This document shows positions 23,990 to 36,296 of a stretch of DNA of 55,475 nucleotides, in pieces. Source of the DNA: Thraustochytrium aureum (taxonomy: Eukaryota); contig BLSG01000385.1 in NCBI GenBank assembly GCA_012862495.1, forward strand, positions 173,062 through 228,536. Reading direction: 5' to 3'. The stretch's first letter is position 1. Every line of letters starts with the position of its first letter. The notes beneath the pieces are model-generated. The model did no database searches. It had not been told where the DNA came from and saw nothing but the letters and a program-made list of their open reading frames with translations. The translations under genes were made by a program, and so were the position numbers.

Positions 23990-25255
23990 ATGCAAGTCGC
24001 CGCAGTCAACCCGCGCTTTGCAGACGTCGAACGCGCTGATGGCAAGGTCGCCGCCCCGCAGGCCAGCTTCCTCAAGCGCAATGCCAAGCTCCTGATGACC
24101 ATCGGCGTCGTCGCCGTCGTGGGAACCGCCGCGTTTTTCGGCGGCTCTGCCGTCGGCTCGGCAAACAGCAGCGCCACTGCTGCCGCAGCCACCCCTTCTT
24201 CGGGGTCCAGCTCGGAAGCCGCGGCTTCCCCGGAGGCCCAAGCCCGCGCCACGGTGATGCACGCCTTCAACGACGAAAAGAACCTTGCCGTCACCGAGCA
24301 GTTGACCGTGGCCCAGATCGAGGCCGCCATCGCCGCCTACACGGCGAGCCCAGGGACCTGGAACGACCAGTACCTTACCCAGGACGTGATTCAGGCGCTC
24401 AAGTACATGTACGACACCTTTATGGCCGAGCTCGACACGACCCGTGCGCTGACCGCCGTAGCCGATGGCCGCGAGCTCGGCACTCTCACGGGCCCGCAGT
24501 ACGACATCGCTCGGTTTGGGTGGAACGAGATCCAGACGACGACGTACCCGAACCCGATCTTCTCTGACGATGGAGAGGATCAGGCCACCGTCTACTACAA
24601 AGGCGGGTACTGCGTTGTTGTCGTCCAGGAAACCAACGATGACGCCGACTGGAATTCCAACCTGCAGACCGGAATTGTGGACCTGCTTAGCCTCGAGCCT
24701 GTCCAGGTCTCGAACGAGGGCGAGTGCGGTTGCGCCACCCAGAGCAACATCGGCTCGTGGTGCTCGGTCCCGTCGACCTGCTTTGCTCATCAGCCCATCG
24801 GCAAGGGCTTTCGCGGCTTTGCTAACGCGTACAACCAGATGCGCCTCGCCATGTACAGCGCTCTCCGCTCGTGCGTTGCGTCAAATGCGGGCGCGGAGAT
24901 CCTCCTGGCCGGCTATTCGCGCGGCGGCGCCATTCTCAACCTCTTTGGCTACTCGATCCGCGAGCAGGAGCTGTTCGAGAACGTCAAGACCACGCTCGTC
25001 ACCTACGGCTCACCGCGCGCCCTCGAGGACGCCTCGTCCGACAAGTTTCACGTCGAGCCTATCACGCACCTGCGCCTCATCTACAAAAAGGACCCAACGC
25101 CGAGCCTCCCGTACGGCTGGATGGGCGTCAAGCACGCCGGCACGCTGATCTGCAACGCGTGCGGCTACAGCGAGAATCGCGACAGCCCCGGCTTTGGCTG
25201 GCCGCAGGACGCGCACTTTCACTCCAAGTACGGCGAGTGGTTTCCGCTTCTGTAA
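23990..25255 (+). CDS. Lipase class 3 (alpha/beta hydrolase) with N-terminal membrane anchor
   Basis: GFRGFANAY, ILLAGYSRGGA (nucleophile elbow), VTYGSPR, KDPTPSLP, terminal DAHFHSKY; TM LLMTIGVVAVVGTAAFFGG. Confidence 0.88.
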   Translation: MQVAAVNPRFADVERADGKVAAPQASFLKRNAKLLMTIGVVAVVGTAAFFGGSAVGSANSSATAAAATPSSGSSSEAAASPEAQARATVMHAFNDEKNLAVTEQLTVAQIEAAIAAYTASPGTWNDQYLTQDVIQALKYMYDTFMAELDTTRALTAVADGRELGTLTGPQYDIARFGWNEIQTTTYPNPIFSDDGEDQATVYYKGGYCVVVVQETNDDADWNSNLQTGIVDLLSLEPVQVSNEGECGCATQSNIGSWCSVPSTCFAHQPIGKGFRGFANAYNQMRLAMYSALRSCVASNAGAEILLAGYSRGGAILNLFGYSIREQELFENVKTTLVTYGSPRALEDASSDKFHVEPITHLRLIYKKDPTPSLPYGWMGVKHAGTLICNACGYSENRDSPGFGWPQDAHFHSKYGEWFPLL

Positions 25256-25320
25256 GAGCGCAGCTGTAAGAGCGCAGCTGTAAGAGCGCAGCTGTAAGAG
25301 CGCAGCTGTAAGAGCGCAGC
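25251..25320. repeat. Five perfect tandem copies of 14-bp TGTAAGAGCGCAGC starting at the lipase stop codon
   Basis: Direct reading. Confidence 0.95.
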
Positions 25321-26157
25321 TCTGGCGCGCATTCGCCGCGCGAGCCAGCCTGCCTACCTACGTAACAAGTTCAACCTATGTGTTCATGAAAGGAAGCCTC
25401 TCGCGCAACCGCCCAGCCTTGCGTCGACATGGGCACCCAGCGTCTTCGTTCCCTCGCGTGCCAACAGGCAGCCGTGTCGGCGAGTAAGTAGGCAGCCTGA
25501 ACGGGCCGTGTCTGCGCGCGACAGAGGCCTCGTGCTGACGATGGCCAAGACCCTGACCAATGATGGATGGCGGCAGGGAGGCAGGGACCACCCACCGCCT
25601 TGCGAGAGGCTGGCGCACGTCGTCCGCGACATGGAAGACCGACCACCCGCGCATCGAAACAGTTGCACCAAGCCGCGCCCTCTTGGCGCAGATACCAGAC
25701 GATAGCTACGCGCCCCAGCCACCGCAGGTAGGCCTCGATCACTCACGCAGCGCAGGACGGCCTTGGCGGCGAGCGGCTTGCACGTTGTCCCTTCCTCCCT
25801 TCTCCATCGTCTTGGCCAGCTCCGCGCCGCGCCGGGACCATGCGCTCCAGCGGTCCGTTTGCTCCGGCCCCGGGGCGTCCGGGCAGGGGCCAGTCGAGCG
25901 GCCCGCAGCGTGCCCGCGAGCGTGCCCGGCAGCGTGCCCGGCAGCGTGGCTGGCAGAGTGTTTGGCGGCTGGCGGTTATGTAGTCGGACAGAACAACTGC
26001 GCTCGACGATGGCCTCGGCAGAGCTCGTGCGTCCGAGGTCGAGCAGGAGGCCGCGGCGGCTTGCGGGTGGCGGCTTGGAGGTGCGCACGGGAGCTCGGGC
26101 GGGCGTTTATTTCTTCGCGCGTTTGGTCTTTGGCTGGTTGCCCGGGACCGCGCGTGG

Positions 26158-26781
26158 ATGTCGTCGGCGGAGATGGCGGCCGAGGAGGTGTGGATGGAGA
26201 CCAAAGGGATAGTGAAGGACGTCGAGAAACTGTGCAGCGGGCCTGAGGATGTCCAGCGCGTGGAACGGTGCAAAGAGCTTGGGCTCGCGATCCGGGAGGA
26301 GTTCGCGATGTGCGAGGCGAGCGCGGCGGAGCTGATTAAATTGTGCACGAAAAAGGTGGAGGAGGCCGAGGTGAACGCGGACGAGCTCGCGGCACAGACA
26401 CCGACGAGCCCGGAGATCGAGGCGCTCGAGAACGAACAGCGCGCGATTGAAAACAGGATCAGGGAGCAGAGGCACGACAAGACGCAGGCGGAGGCCTCCA
26501 TCGTGGAACTTGAAGCCAAGGTGGCGCGCCTTGAAGCGGAGCTCGACGCTGCAAGGGCGACCGCGCAGTCGCGGGCGCCAGTGATCATGCACCAGATCGG
26601 CTTGTTTGCCAACGTCTCCAAAATCAAGTGGGATTTTGAGCAAGAAGATCCGGCTGTGGTCGCGGGCACAATCGCAGATGCCAGCTCCGGCCGCGTGCAG
26701 TCGTTCAGCATCAACACCCGCGACACGTCTCCATTCCAGACCGCCAACCAGCTCTGGGAGCTCATTGGCGCAAGCAACTAG
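26158..26781 (+). CDS. SPC24: Kinetochore Ndc80-complex subunit Spc24
   Basis: Coiled coil, then IGLFANVSKIKWDFE...VAGTI...SPFQTANQLWELI (Spc24 RWD-like consensus). Confidence 0.75.
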   Translation: MSSAEMAAEEVWMETKGIVKDVEKLCSGPEDVQRVERCKELGLAIREEFAMCEASAAELIKLCTKKVEEAEVNADELAAQTPTSPEIEALENEQRAIENRIREQRHDKTQAEASIVELEAKVARLEAELDAARATAQSRAPVIMHQIGLFANVSKIKWDFEQEDPAVVAGTIADASSGRVQSFSINTRDTSPFQTANQLWELIGASN

Positions 26782-26988
26782 ATTCTTGCACGCTCCTGCG
26801 CACGCACATGCGTCCTGCATTGCAGCTTTTCTTTTGCGTCTTTGGAGGGGTCCGCGTTGTGTGCCGATACCGGCGCCTGCCCAATCGCACGCGCCCAGTG
26901 AAGAACCGAGCGAACAAACAAACGAACAAACAAACAGCTATCTTGTGATCGCAGACATGAGAACGCTGCTGCCAATTGCCGCCCGGAC

Positions 26989-29900
26989 TCACAAGCCGTT
27001 GCCGCTGCCCAACATCAACGACTCTGCGAGGTCGGCAAAAATAGCCTGAAGGGCGCTACGCACCTGCAGGCTGTCGACCGTGACCAGCCGGTTCAGCGTC
27101 GGGAACAAGAGCAACAAGTGCGCCTTGGTCCCCGCTGCCTCTAAACTTGCAGAGTTGATCCTCGTCGCAATGCCGCGCGGAATTGAATGAATCTCCAACG
27201 ATCGAAGCTTTTGCAACAGGGCCACAATGTCGCGCTCGTGCACGTCAGAGTCGCCCCCATGGGCTAAGAACGCCTCTGTGACCTGCTCCACGCCGCCCAC
27301 CAGGGTGCTCAACACCCGATGCGACAGCTGCTCGCTATCGCTCGAAGAAACAGAAGAGAGCGTCAACAGGTGCTCCAAACAGGCTCGCGACAAGACAAAG
27401 CTGTTGCCAGTTGGAGCACTCTGCGACGCCGGCTCCTTCCGCCTTGCCGAGCACCCTCCGTGCAGGAGCTCGAAGAGGCGGTCCTGCACACCGCTTGGAA
27501 CGCATGACGCGAGGATCAGAGGCCGGGCCTCCTCCATGACGACGTTCAGCAGCTGCAGACCGTCTTCCACGGAGAGGTCGAAAGGCTGACTGGAAGGCGC
27601 ACCGCTCGNNNNNNNNNNNNNNNNNNNNNNNNNNNNNNNNNNNNNNNNNNNNNNNNNNNNNNNNNNNNNNNNNNNNNNNNNNNNNNNNNNNNNNNNNNNN
27701 NNNNNNNNNNNNNNNNNNNNNNNNNNNNNNNNNNNNNNNNNNNNNNNNNNNNNNNNNNNNNNNNNNNNNNNNNNNNNNNNNNNNNNNNNNNNNNNNNNNN
27801 NNNNNNNNNNNNNNNNNNNNNNNNNNNNNNNNNNNNNNNNNNNNNNNNNNNNNNNNNNNNNNNNNNNNNNNNNNNNNNNNNNNNNNNNNNNNNNNNNNNN
27901 NNNNNNNNNNNNNNNNNNNNNNNNNNNNNNNNNNNNNNNNNNNNNNNNNNNNNNNNNNNNNNNNNNNNNNNNNNNNNNNNNNNNNNNNNNNNNNNNNNNN
28001 NNNNNNNNNNNNNNNNNNNNNNNNNNNNNNNNNNNNNNNNNNNNNNNNNNNNNNNNNNNNNNNNNNNNNNNNNNNNNNNNNNNNNNNNNNNNNNNNNNNN
28101 NNNNNNNNNNNNNNNNNNNNNNNNNNNNNNNNNNNNNNNNNNNNNNNNNNNNNNNNNNNNNNNNNNNNNNNNNNNNNNNNNNNNNNNNNNNNNNNNNNNN
28201 NNNNNNNNNNNNNNNNNNNNNNNNNNNNNNNNNNNNNNNNNNNNNNNNNNNNNNNNNNNNNNNNNNNNNNNNNNNNNNNNNNNNNNNNNNNNNNNNNNNN
28301 NNNNNNNNNNNNNNNNNNNNNNNNNNNNNNNNNNNNNNNNNNNNNNNNNNNNNNNNNNNNNNNNNNNNNNNNNNNNNNNNNNNNNNNNNNNNNNNNNNNN
28401 NNNNNNNNNNNNNNNNNNNNNNNNNNNNNNNNNNNNNNNNNNNNNNNNNNNNNNNNCTTGGACCCACGCATGATGATTTCGTCCAGCAACGGGAACAAGA
28501 CGCCCATATTGCAAATCCTCCACGAGTCCATCGTCAGCTTGGGCGCGCTGGCAACGATAATCGAGCAGAGTGTGCGGACCGCGCAATTCCGAACCTCTGG
28601 ACGCTGGTCTAGGCACAAGTGGTTGAGCTGCTCAAACACGAAGAGCAGAAGCGCGTTGCAATTCTCGACTTGCAGCAGCTGCTGCTGCTGGAGCTGCTGC
28701 TGCTGGCGCGGCAGGCCAGCCTGCGCAACGGCGCTTGCCCTCAGCGGATCCGGGCAGTCCTTTTGGACGTGGTCGCACATCGTCCATAGCATCGTGATTG
28801 ACGTCAAGCTGATGTTGACGTGCGGCTCCTGGTCGCCAAACGCGCGGATGCAACGAGCGAGGTCTTTTTGGCTCTCTAGGCCGAGCCCGGGCAAAAAGTC
28901 GTCCACGATCAGCTGGACCGCCTTGAAGGCAATGGGGACGAGCTTGGCAACCTCTTTCGGCGTGTACTCTGGGACGCAGAGCGGCTCTGGCTGGCTTGAT
29001 ACGTCGATTGTGCCGGTAATCATGCTCAGTTCCTTGATGATGATGCCCCAGCCCTCGTCCAGCACATGCCCACAGGTCCCAACAATGCGGTGGAGCGAGA
29101 GCACGGCCGCTTCGCGCGCGTCAAAGTGGTGCGATTTGAAAAGGTGCGAAAACCCCTCCACTAGCTCGCCTTGCATTTCTCGTGCGGTGGGGTACTTTGG
29201 GCTGGCTGCTGCGGCGGGCCCCATCGGCGGGCGGCCGCCAGGACCGCGTCCTGACCCATGCGAGCGGCTCTCTGGGCCGCTCGGGGACCGGTCCGCCTCG
29301 GCGCCGTCGTCCAGAAGGAGGGCCGCTGTAACAAGCTCCTCCATCGCCTGCACGCCGAACAGCCGCAACCGCGCGTCCGACTTGCTTGCCACAGTGGAGA
29401 GCACGTTTTGCGTCATCTCCCACAAAAGCCCAATCCGAAAGGTATTGAGCTTGGTTGTCTCGACAAGCTTCTCGATCGCAAAGGGCGGGTTGCGGTACGT
29501 TGCGCGCGCGAGAACGCCGTCCGGCACGCCCCCGAGCTGCTGCGGGCGCATCGAAGAATCGCTCGAGCGCTCGCGCGCCATGGACTTTGGCAGCTGCCCG
29601 CCCCCGCCCGGCGTTCCTGCGCTTGCAAGTGGCCGAAACCCGGCCTTGCCAGAGCCCTCGTTGCTAGATTCCCAGGGCCGAGCAAGCGGGCGAAACGCGG
29701 AGCCCGGGCTCGACCCGCTCGTGCGCCCTGGGCTCTGCCTCGGGGAGCGGTGATGCAGGTCGACGTCAATCTCGGGCATCTCGTCTTCTTCGTCGAGCTC
29801 GCCGCTAAAGTCCGCGTCGAACGCCACAGAGGTGACGGCGTCGGCGAGCGAGTTGGTGAGCGAGCTGATCCATCCTTCGCCCCCCCTAGCACGCCTTGGC

Positions 29901-31950
29901 GCCCTGCGGTCGTCGAGCTCTTCTGGCGCCGGGGCGTCACCTTGGTGCAGCTCCTGCTGCGCGCGACGGCCCGGTCCAGGTGAGTAGGGCACGGGGGAGA
30001 CCGGACTGTTGCTGGCCGGACTATGCGACATGGCCGAGTCCTGCTTGGCCAGCGAGCGCATCGTCTCCGTGTGAGCAAGCACGGTGAAACTGAGTTGCGT
30101 AAGCGCAGTTTGCATGTGCACGATGGCATCGTCGTCAAGGTATTCGGTCGAGTTGAACAGCGTCCGCAGCATCGACTCGACAATCGCCATCTCGTCGTCA
30201 ACGAGGTGCCAGTCCGAGCCTCTGCGCGAGGCGCCTTCTCCAGACCCTGAGATTGATGAGGATCTGCCGACCGAAGACCCGTTCGACGGCCCCAAGCCAG
30301 TCACGTGGACGTTGCCCGACGTTGTGAGCTTTTTGTCCACTGCGACGCAAAACATGATGTGGTCGAGCTGTTCAAACGTCTCGAGCACAATGTGCCACGC
30401 CGTACCAAGGACGGCGCCCAGCCCGTGCGCGATGTTGAAGAGCGCTTTGAGCGCCTGCAGGTGCTTGGCCTGAAGCTCGCTCGTACCGCGCGCTGGCCCA
30501 CTCATGTAGTGTTGCTGCGGGAGAATGGCCGCCGAGGAGTGCCAGTGCGGAAGCGAAAACGTGCACAGGGACATGATGAACGCATTGCGGGCATCCACGA
30601 GACCCAGCATCCCGCATGTGTTTGTCATTGACATGTACGCCTTCAAAATGAACTGGACGATGCTCTCGTTGTTGCAGCTCTTCAAGAGNNNNNNNNNNNN
30701 NNNNNNNNNNNNNNNNNNNNNNNNNNNNNNNNNNNNNNNNNNNNNNNNNNNNNNNNNNNNNNNNNNNNNNNNNNNNNNNNNNNNNNNNNNNNNNNNNNNN
30801 NNNNNNNNNNNNNNNNNNNNNNNNNNNNNNNNNNNNNNNNNNNNNNNNNNNNNNNNNNNNNNNNNNNNNNNNNNNNNNNNNNNNNNNNNNNNNNNNNNNN
30901 NNNNNNNNNCGAGCACCACCTCGCGGCGAACAAACAAGTCTCGGTTCGCAGAGCTTCGCGGTTCCACATCCGACGCGCTGCTTGCTTCGCTGGCGGCACG
31001 AAGGGGACGGCCCCATTGAGATTGCGACCCATAAGAGTCGCCGACGGCGGAGGACTGCCGCTTTTTCAGGAGCGGCGGCGGGGAGAGGTCGCCGCGCGAG
31101 TGGACTCTGCCAATTTGCACCACGGGGGAAGCGTAGCCCCCTGGTCCTGCGAGGCCCTGCGAGAGGGCCATGCTGTCCGCGATCGAGGCGAGACACTCGG
31201 CAGCTAGGAGCGTGACCAGTGCCTCGCTCAAGTTGGGCGGCGGTTCCTCCTCGCTGAGTAGATCGAGCCCCTTGGTGCGGCGCGCAGCAATTGCGTCGAT
31301 GCCTTCGGCCACCTTGGGCTCTTGCACGACCTGGCCGACGAGATTCCCGAGCGCCCCGACGATCTGCACGAAAGCCGAGACCCCGATGCGATCAGGCGAC
31401 CTCGCTGACTCTGCTTCTCGGTCTGTCGAGCTTGCCCGTGCAGGGCCGAGGTCGACGTACTTGAGCTGGAGCTCGCCAAGAAGGTCTTGGTGGGAGCAAA
31501 GGATGTTGAGTGTTTCCAGCGTCAGGACACGGTGCCAGAGCGGCGTTACGGTTCGCACAAGGCTTGGGCTAGTCGACGAGGCCGACACATTCGAGTCGTC
31601 TAGCATTTCGAGGAGGAGCCGCAGGAGCGCCTGCACGTCCTCGGGCCGCAGGACGCACCGTAGGTCGCACAACAGCACGACCACAGTGCGCATCATGCGA
31701 ACCATCAAGCGCCAGTCGCAGCGCCCCTGGAACGCCCGAACGAGGACGGGGCAGGCCTTGCTGCGAACAAACTCGCCGTAGGTCGGCTCGGCCTGCTCGA
31801 GCACAAAGAGCTTGGCGTGGCTTGAGAGGATGTTTTCTAGCAGCTCGAGCGCGAGGCTCTTTGGCATTTGACGCACGAAGTCTTGCGGGCCGGCGCCACT
31901 CATCAGCGAACCATGACCCATCGACGCATGCGGCGGTGGCGGCGGGCTCG
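26989..31950 (-). CDS. MON2: Protein MON2 (Arf-GEF-like HEAT scaffold), fragmented by gaps; 5' end in gap 31951-32865
   Basis: LALELLENILSSH, LKAYMSMTNTCGMLGLVDARNAFIMSLC, LFNIAHGLGAVLGTAWHIVLETFEQLD, FGDQEPHVNISLTSITMLW, DQRPEVRNCAVRTL, KAHLLLLFPTL. Confidence 0.88.
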
Positions 31951-33604
31951 NNNNNNNNNNNNNNNNNNNNNNNNNNNNNNNNNNNNNNNNNNNNNNNNNN
32001 NNNNNNNNNNNNNNNNNNNNNNNNNNNNNNNNNNNNNNNNNNNNNNNNNNNNNNNNNNNNNNNNNNNNNNNNNNNNNNNNNNNNNNNNNNNNNNNNNNNN
32101 NNNNNNNNNNNNNNNNNNNNNNNNNNNNNNNNNNNNNNNNNNNNNNNNNNNNNNNNNNNNNNNNNNNNNNNNNNNNNNNNNNNNNNNNNNNNNNNNNNNN
32201 NNNNNNNNNNNNNNNNNNNNNNNNNNNNNNNNNNNNNNNNNNNNNNNNNNNNNNNNNNNNNNNNNNNNNNNNNNNNNNNNNNNNNNNNNNNNNNNNNNNN
32301 NNNNNNNNNNNNNNNNNNNNNNNNNNNNNNNNNNNNNNNNNNNNNNNNNNNNNNNNNNNNNNNNNNNNNNNNNNNNNNNNNNNNNNNNNNNNNNNNNNNN
32401 NNNNNNNNNNNNNNNNNNNNNNNNNNNNNNNNNNNNNNNNNNNNNNNNNNNNNNNNNNNNNNNNNNNNNNNNNNNNNNNNNNNNNNNNNNNNNNNNNNNN
32501 NNNNNNNNNNNNNNNNNNNNNNNNNNNNNNNNNNNNNNNNNNNNNNNNNNNNNNNNNNNNNNNNNNNNNNNNNNNNNNNNNNNNNNNNNNNNNNNNNNNN
32601 NNNNNNNNNNNNNNNNNNNNNNNNNNNNNNNNNNNNNNNNNNNNNNNNNNNNNNNNNNNNNNNNNNNNNNNNNNNNNNNNNNNNNNNNNNNNNNNNNNNN
32701 NNNNNNNNNNNNNNNNNNNNNNNNNNNNNNNNNNNNNNNNNNNNNNNNNNNNNNNNNNNNNNNNNNNNNNNNNNNNNNNNNNNNNNNNNNNNNNNNNNNN
32801 NNNNNNNNNNNNNNNNNNNNNNNNNNNNNNNNNNNNNNNNNNNNNNNNNNNNNNNNNNNNNNNNNAGAGAGAGAGAGAGAGCGAGCGGCGCCTCGCGTTG
32901 CGAGACTGCGCCGGTACCCGCCAAAGTCCTCGAACCGCCAGTTCGCGGCAGGGAGGCGCCCTGTGTCTTTGGCCGCAGCCCACCACACTGGGGCTAGCCC
33001 GCTGCCCCAGGCTGCCGCCGCTCCGCCGCCGCCCGCCGCACGCCACGCACGCCGCCGCAGCTGTGGCTTGCTCGGCTACACGTACTACTTGTAAACTCAC
33101 GTTGACCCGCGAAAGATGTGGCCTGAACTGCGCCATTTGTTTCGTCACCGAGGCGCCCTACACGTCACTATCTGCCGTCACCGTGCATGAGCCCAAGGCA
33201 CGCGGGACAAACCTAAGCCCGACCGCGCTCTGCGAATTTAGGTGAGCGGAGGAAACGGTCGTAGACAGAGCGTAAGGTGAGGATTTGGTGCAATAAGGAA
33301 TGCCGCGGTGGACGCCCCATATGTCCGTTGGACGAGGCGATGCGGCTGTGCGAGGAGAATGCGCGGCGCGGCAGTGCGGGAGGCAGTGCCGCAGTGCTGT
33401 TGCTCGAGAGCGTCGAGGACGTCGCGGAGGATCTAGCCTGCTCGCGCTTGGCGGTATCTGTGCGTCGCGGTTGCTGGCCGAGTGTCGCTGCGCGTTTTGG
33501 CGACGCCACCGCTCCTCAGGCCAGGTCTCTTCTCTGCTGACGAGGTCGGCTTGGACGCAGATCGCGCGGTCAGGCCCTGTGACCGCCAGCAGCGCTGCGG
33601 GACG

Positions 33605-34867
33605 ATGAGCAGGGAGCATGGGCGACGGGACAGCGCGGCAAAGTGCCTGCAGTTTCCGGAACGGCCGGTCACGCCCAAAGCCGTGCGAAAGTACCGCAAG
33701 TCGTACTTTGCCGAGCCTGGGTCCCGGGTCACGCACCACGGTCTGATCGACGACCACGAAGAGCTCCGAGAGAGGTTGAGCTCGCAGCGGCTGGGGTCGC
33801 GGAGCAACAAGGCGTCCGAGCACGTGAACGACCTCTTTGCCGCCGGGAACAAGGGCGCACTCGGCGACTACGTCGAGCAGCGCAAGGAGTCCATTTACAA
33901 GGCGGTGCAGCGCGAGCCGCTCGGCAAGCCGTACGTACGTGGCCACAACTTTGACAGTCTGGGCGAGGAGACAAAGCTGGCCGACTCGTCAGAGTCGGCC
34001 AAAGGGCTCATCTACTCTGGCGCGGTGGACGCCAAGCGCGATGCCGACACGACCGAACGCGTGCGCCAGCAGTACATCAAGAGCCACAATTCGTTCGAGC
34101 CGGGGGAGCAGCGCCGCCGAAATTACAGCTGGCAAGGCATCGACCCAAACACGCACCGCTTCGGGTCTGCCGAAGCCAAGACCGCAGAGGGCGTCGCGGA
34201 CTGCCTGCAACAGCCCCTTGCCGACGAGGCCTCTAACATCACAAACATTGCCGTGGCCAACCACAGGATGATGCGGAGCGACCGGCTCGGTAAACCCAAG
34301 TACCGTGGCAATCTCGACGCGGACACCGTGCGCCGGCTGGAAGAAAATGCAGAGGCCCGCAAGCGGGCTGCTGGCAAGGCCTTTTCTGCCCAGGACTGCA
34401 TCGAGGGCGACTACACCTTTGAGCAGCAGATGGCAGACGACGGTCTCGGCCGGGCCACGCGGCCAGGTTGGCGAAACACCTCTACGTCGCGTGTTTTTGG
34501 CGCCCCAACTGTGCGCACCGATATCCCTGCACCAACCACGCGGTCGGTGAGCGACAACCAAAACTACGGGGACGACACCACGGCAAGGACGTTGCTGTAC
34601 CCGTCGCGCTTTGTTGCAGAGGGCGTTGAGGACGCAGACTTTTTCGACCCGGCCATGCGCGAGGACATCCAGGATATTGTTGCGCGCATCGGCTACGAGT
34701 TTTCAGATCACGAGTTTGACCAGCTCTACCGTCGTGCGTGCTTCGAGGCAACGGGGCTCGAGGAGGACAACGGCACCCCGGTGGTCTCCATTCGAATTTT
34801 CCTTGGCGTCATGAATGAGCGCCTGCGTTGCTTGGACGAGGGTCGCGAGCCATCTTGGTGGAACTGA
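33605..34867 (+). CDS. EFHB: EFHB/CFAP21-like axonemal microtubule inner protein
   Basis: TPKAVRKYRKS, KESIYKAVQREPLGKPYVRG, YIKSHNSFEPGEQRRRNYSW, FGAPTVRTDIPAP..RSVSDNQNYGDD, LLYPSRF...DFF. Confidence 0.8.
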   Translation: MSREHGRRDSAAKCLQFPERPVTPKAVRKYRKSYFAEPGSRVTHHGLIDDHEELRERLSSQRLGSRSNKASEHVNDLFAAGNKGALGDYVEQRKESIYKAVQREPLGKPYVRGHNFDSLGEETKLADSSESAKGLIYSGAVDAKRDADTTERVRQQYIKSHNSFEPGEQRRRNYSWQGIDPNTHRFGSAEAKTAEGVADCLQQPLADEASNITNIAVANHRMMRSDRLGKPKYRGNLDADTVRRLEENAEARKRAAGKAFSAQDCIEGDYTFEQQMADDGLGRATRPGWRNTSTSRVFGAPTVRTDIPAPTTRSVSDNQNYGDDTTARTLLYPSRFVAEGVEDADFFDPAMREDIQDIVARIGYEFSDHEFDQLYRRACFEATGLEEDNGTPVVSIRIFLGVMNERLRCLDEGREPSWWN

Positions 34868-35116
34868 ACTGTCCGCGCCGCGCCGCAAAAGCCCCCCACT
34901 CTCCATTAAAAGTGCCATTTTCGTTTACTGCGTTTCACAGCATGAGACGGCCAAGCCTGTGTCTCGAGCGCCACCGCCATGCCATGTAGGGGTTGTCTGG
35001 CCATCGCCACGAGGACCAGCTGGTAGGGCGATTTCAGCGTTTGACGCGACGGCCGGCCGGCCGGTCGAGAGAGTTGTTCTTGGGCGCCAAGCCAGTGTTC
35101 GCAAGGCTTTTAGTTA

Positions 35117-35303
35117 GCTGATTCAGCAGGCGTCTTGGGTCCGCAACTTGCACTCCTCGCTGATTCAGCAGGCGTCTTGGGTCCGCAACTTGCACTCGCG
35201 CCAGCTGATTTGCGAGCTGATGTGCGAGCTGATGTGCGAGCTGATGTGCGAGCTGATGTGCGAGCTGATGTGCGAGCTGATGTGCGAGCTGATGTGCGAG
35301 CTG
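35117..35303. repeat. Composite repeat: two 42-bp-period copies followed by eight 12-bp GCTGATGTGCGA units
   Basis: Copies start at 35117 and 35159; 12-mers span 35204-35299; all units begin GCTGAT. Confidence 0.92.
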
Positions 35304-36296
35304 GGATCCGTTCCGATTCCGGTTTGTTTCTCACCGGCCCGCGGAACGCATTTGGGTCGTGTCAGTTTTGGTCGGACAAGGCAGCGGCTCGCATTGCGAA
35401 GCGAACGGAGTTGAAGCAGCAGGAACAGAGCGCTGCAGCACGGACCTCGACAGGACTTGTTGCAGCGGGTCCGAGCTGTTGAGCGCGGGGCGGAAGGGCG
35501 ATTCAGGCNNNNNNNNNNNNNNNNNNNNNNNNNNNNNNNNNNNNNNNNNNNNNNNNNNNNNNNNNNNNNNNNNNNNNNNNNNNNNNNNNNNNNNNNNNNN
35601 NNNNNNNNNNNNNNNNNNNNNNNNNNNNNNNNNNNNNNNNNNNNNNNNNNNNNNNNNNNNNNNNNNNNNNNNNNNNNNNNNNNNNNNNNNNNNNNNNNNN
35701 NNNNNNNNNNNNNNNNNNNNNNNNNNNNNNNNNNNNNNNNNNNNNNNNNNNNNNNNNNNNNNNNNNNNNNNNNNNNNNNNNNNNNNNNNNNNNNNNNNNN
35801 NNNNNNNNNNNNNNNNNNNNNNNNNNNNNNNNNNNNNNNNNNNNNNNNNNNNNNNNNNNNNNNNNNNNNNNNNNNNNNNNNNNNNNNNNNNNNNNNNNNN
35901 NNNNNNNNNNNNNNNNNNNNNNNNNNNNNNNNNNNNNNNNNNNNNNNNNNNNNNNNNNNNNNNNNNNNNNNNNNNNNNNNNNNNNNNNNNNNNNNNNNNN
36001 NNNNNNNNNNNNNNNNNNNNNNNNNNNNNNNNNNNNNNNNNNNNNNNNNNNNNNNNNNNNNNNNNNNNNNNNNNNNNNNNNNNNNNNNNNNNNNNNNNNN
36101 NNNNNNNNNNNNNNNNNNNNNNNNNNNNNNNNNNNNNNNNNNNNNNNNNNNNNNNNNNNNNNNNNNNNNNNNNNNNNNNNNNNNNNNNNNNNNNNNNNNN
36201 NNNNNNNNNNNNNNNNNNNNNNNNNNNNNNNNNNNNNNNNNNNNNNNNNNNNNNNNNNNNNNNNNNNNNNNNNNNNNNNNNNNNNNNNNNNNNNNN

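Noticed and set aside
31951..33148. N-terminal extension of the 1937-aa ORF
   Set aside because: The frame is carried artificially through Ns and an (AG)n tract; the true MON2 start is not visible.
35110..35482. ORFs with ADVR/CELM/TSAR repeats
   Set aside because: By-products of the 12-bp tandem repeat.
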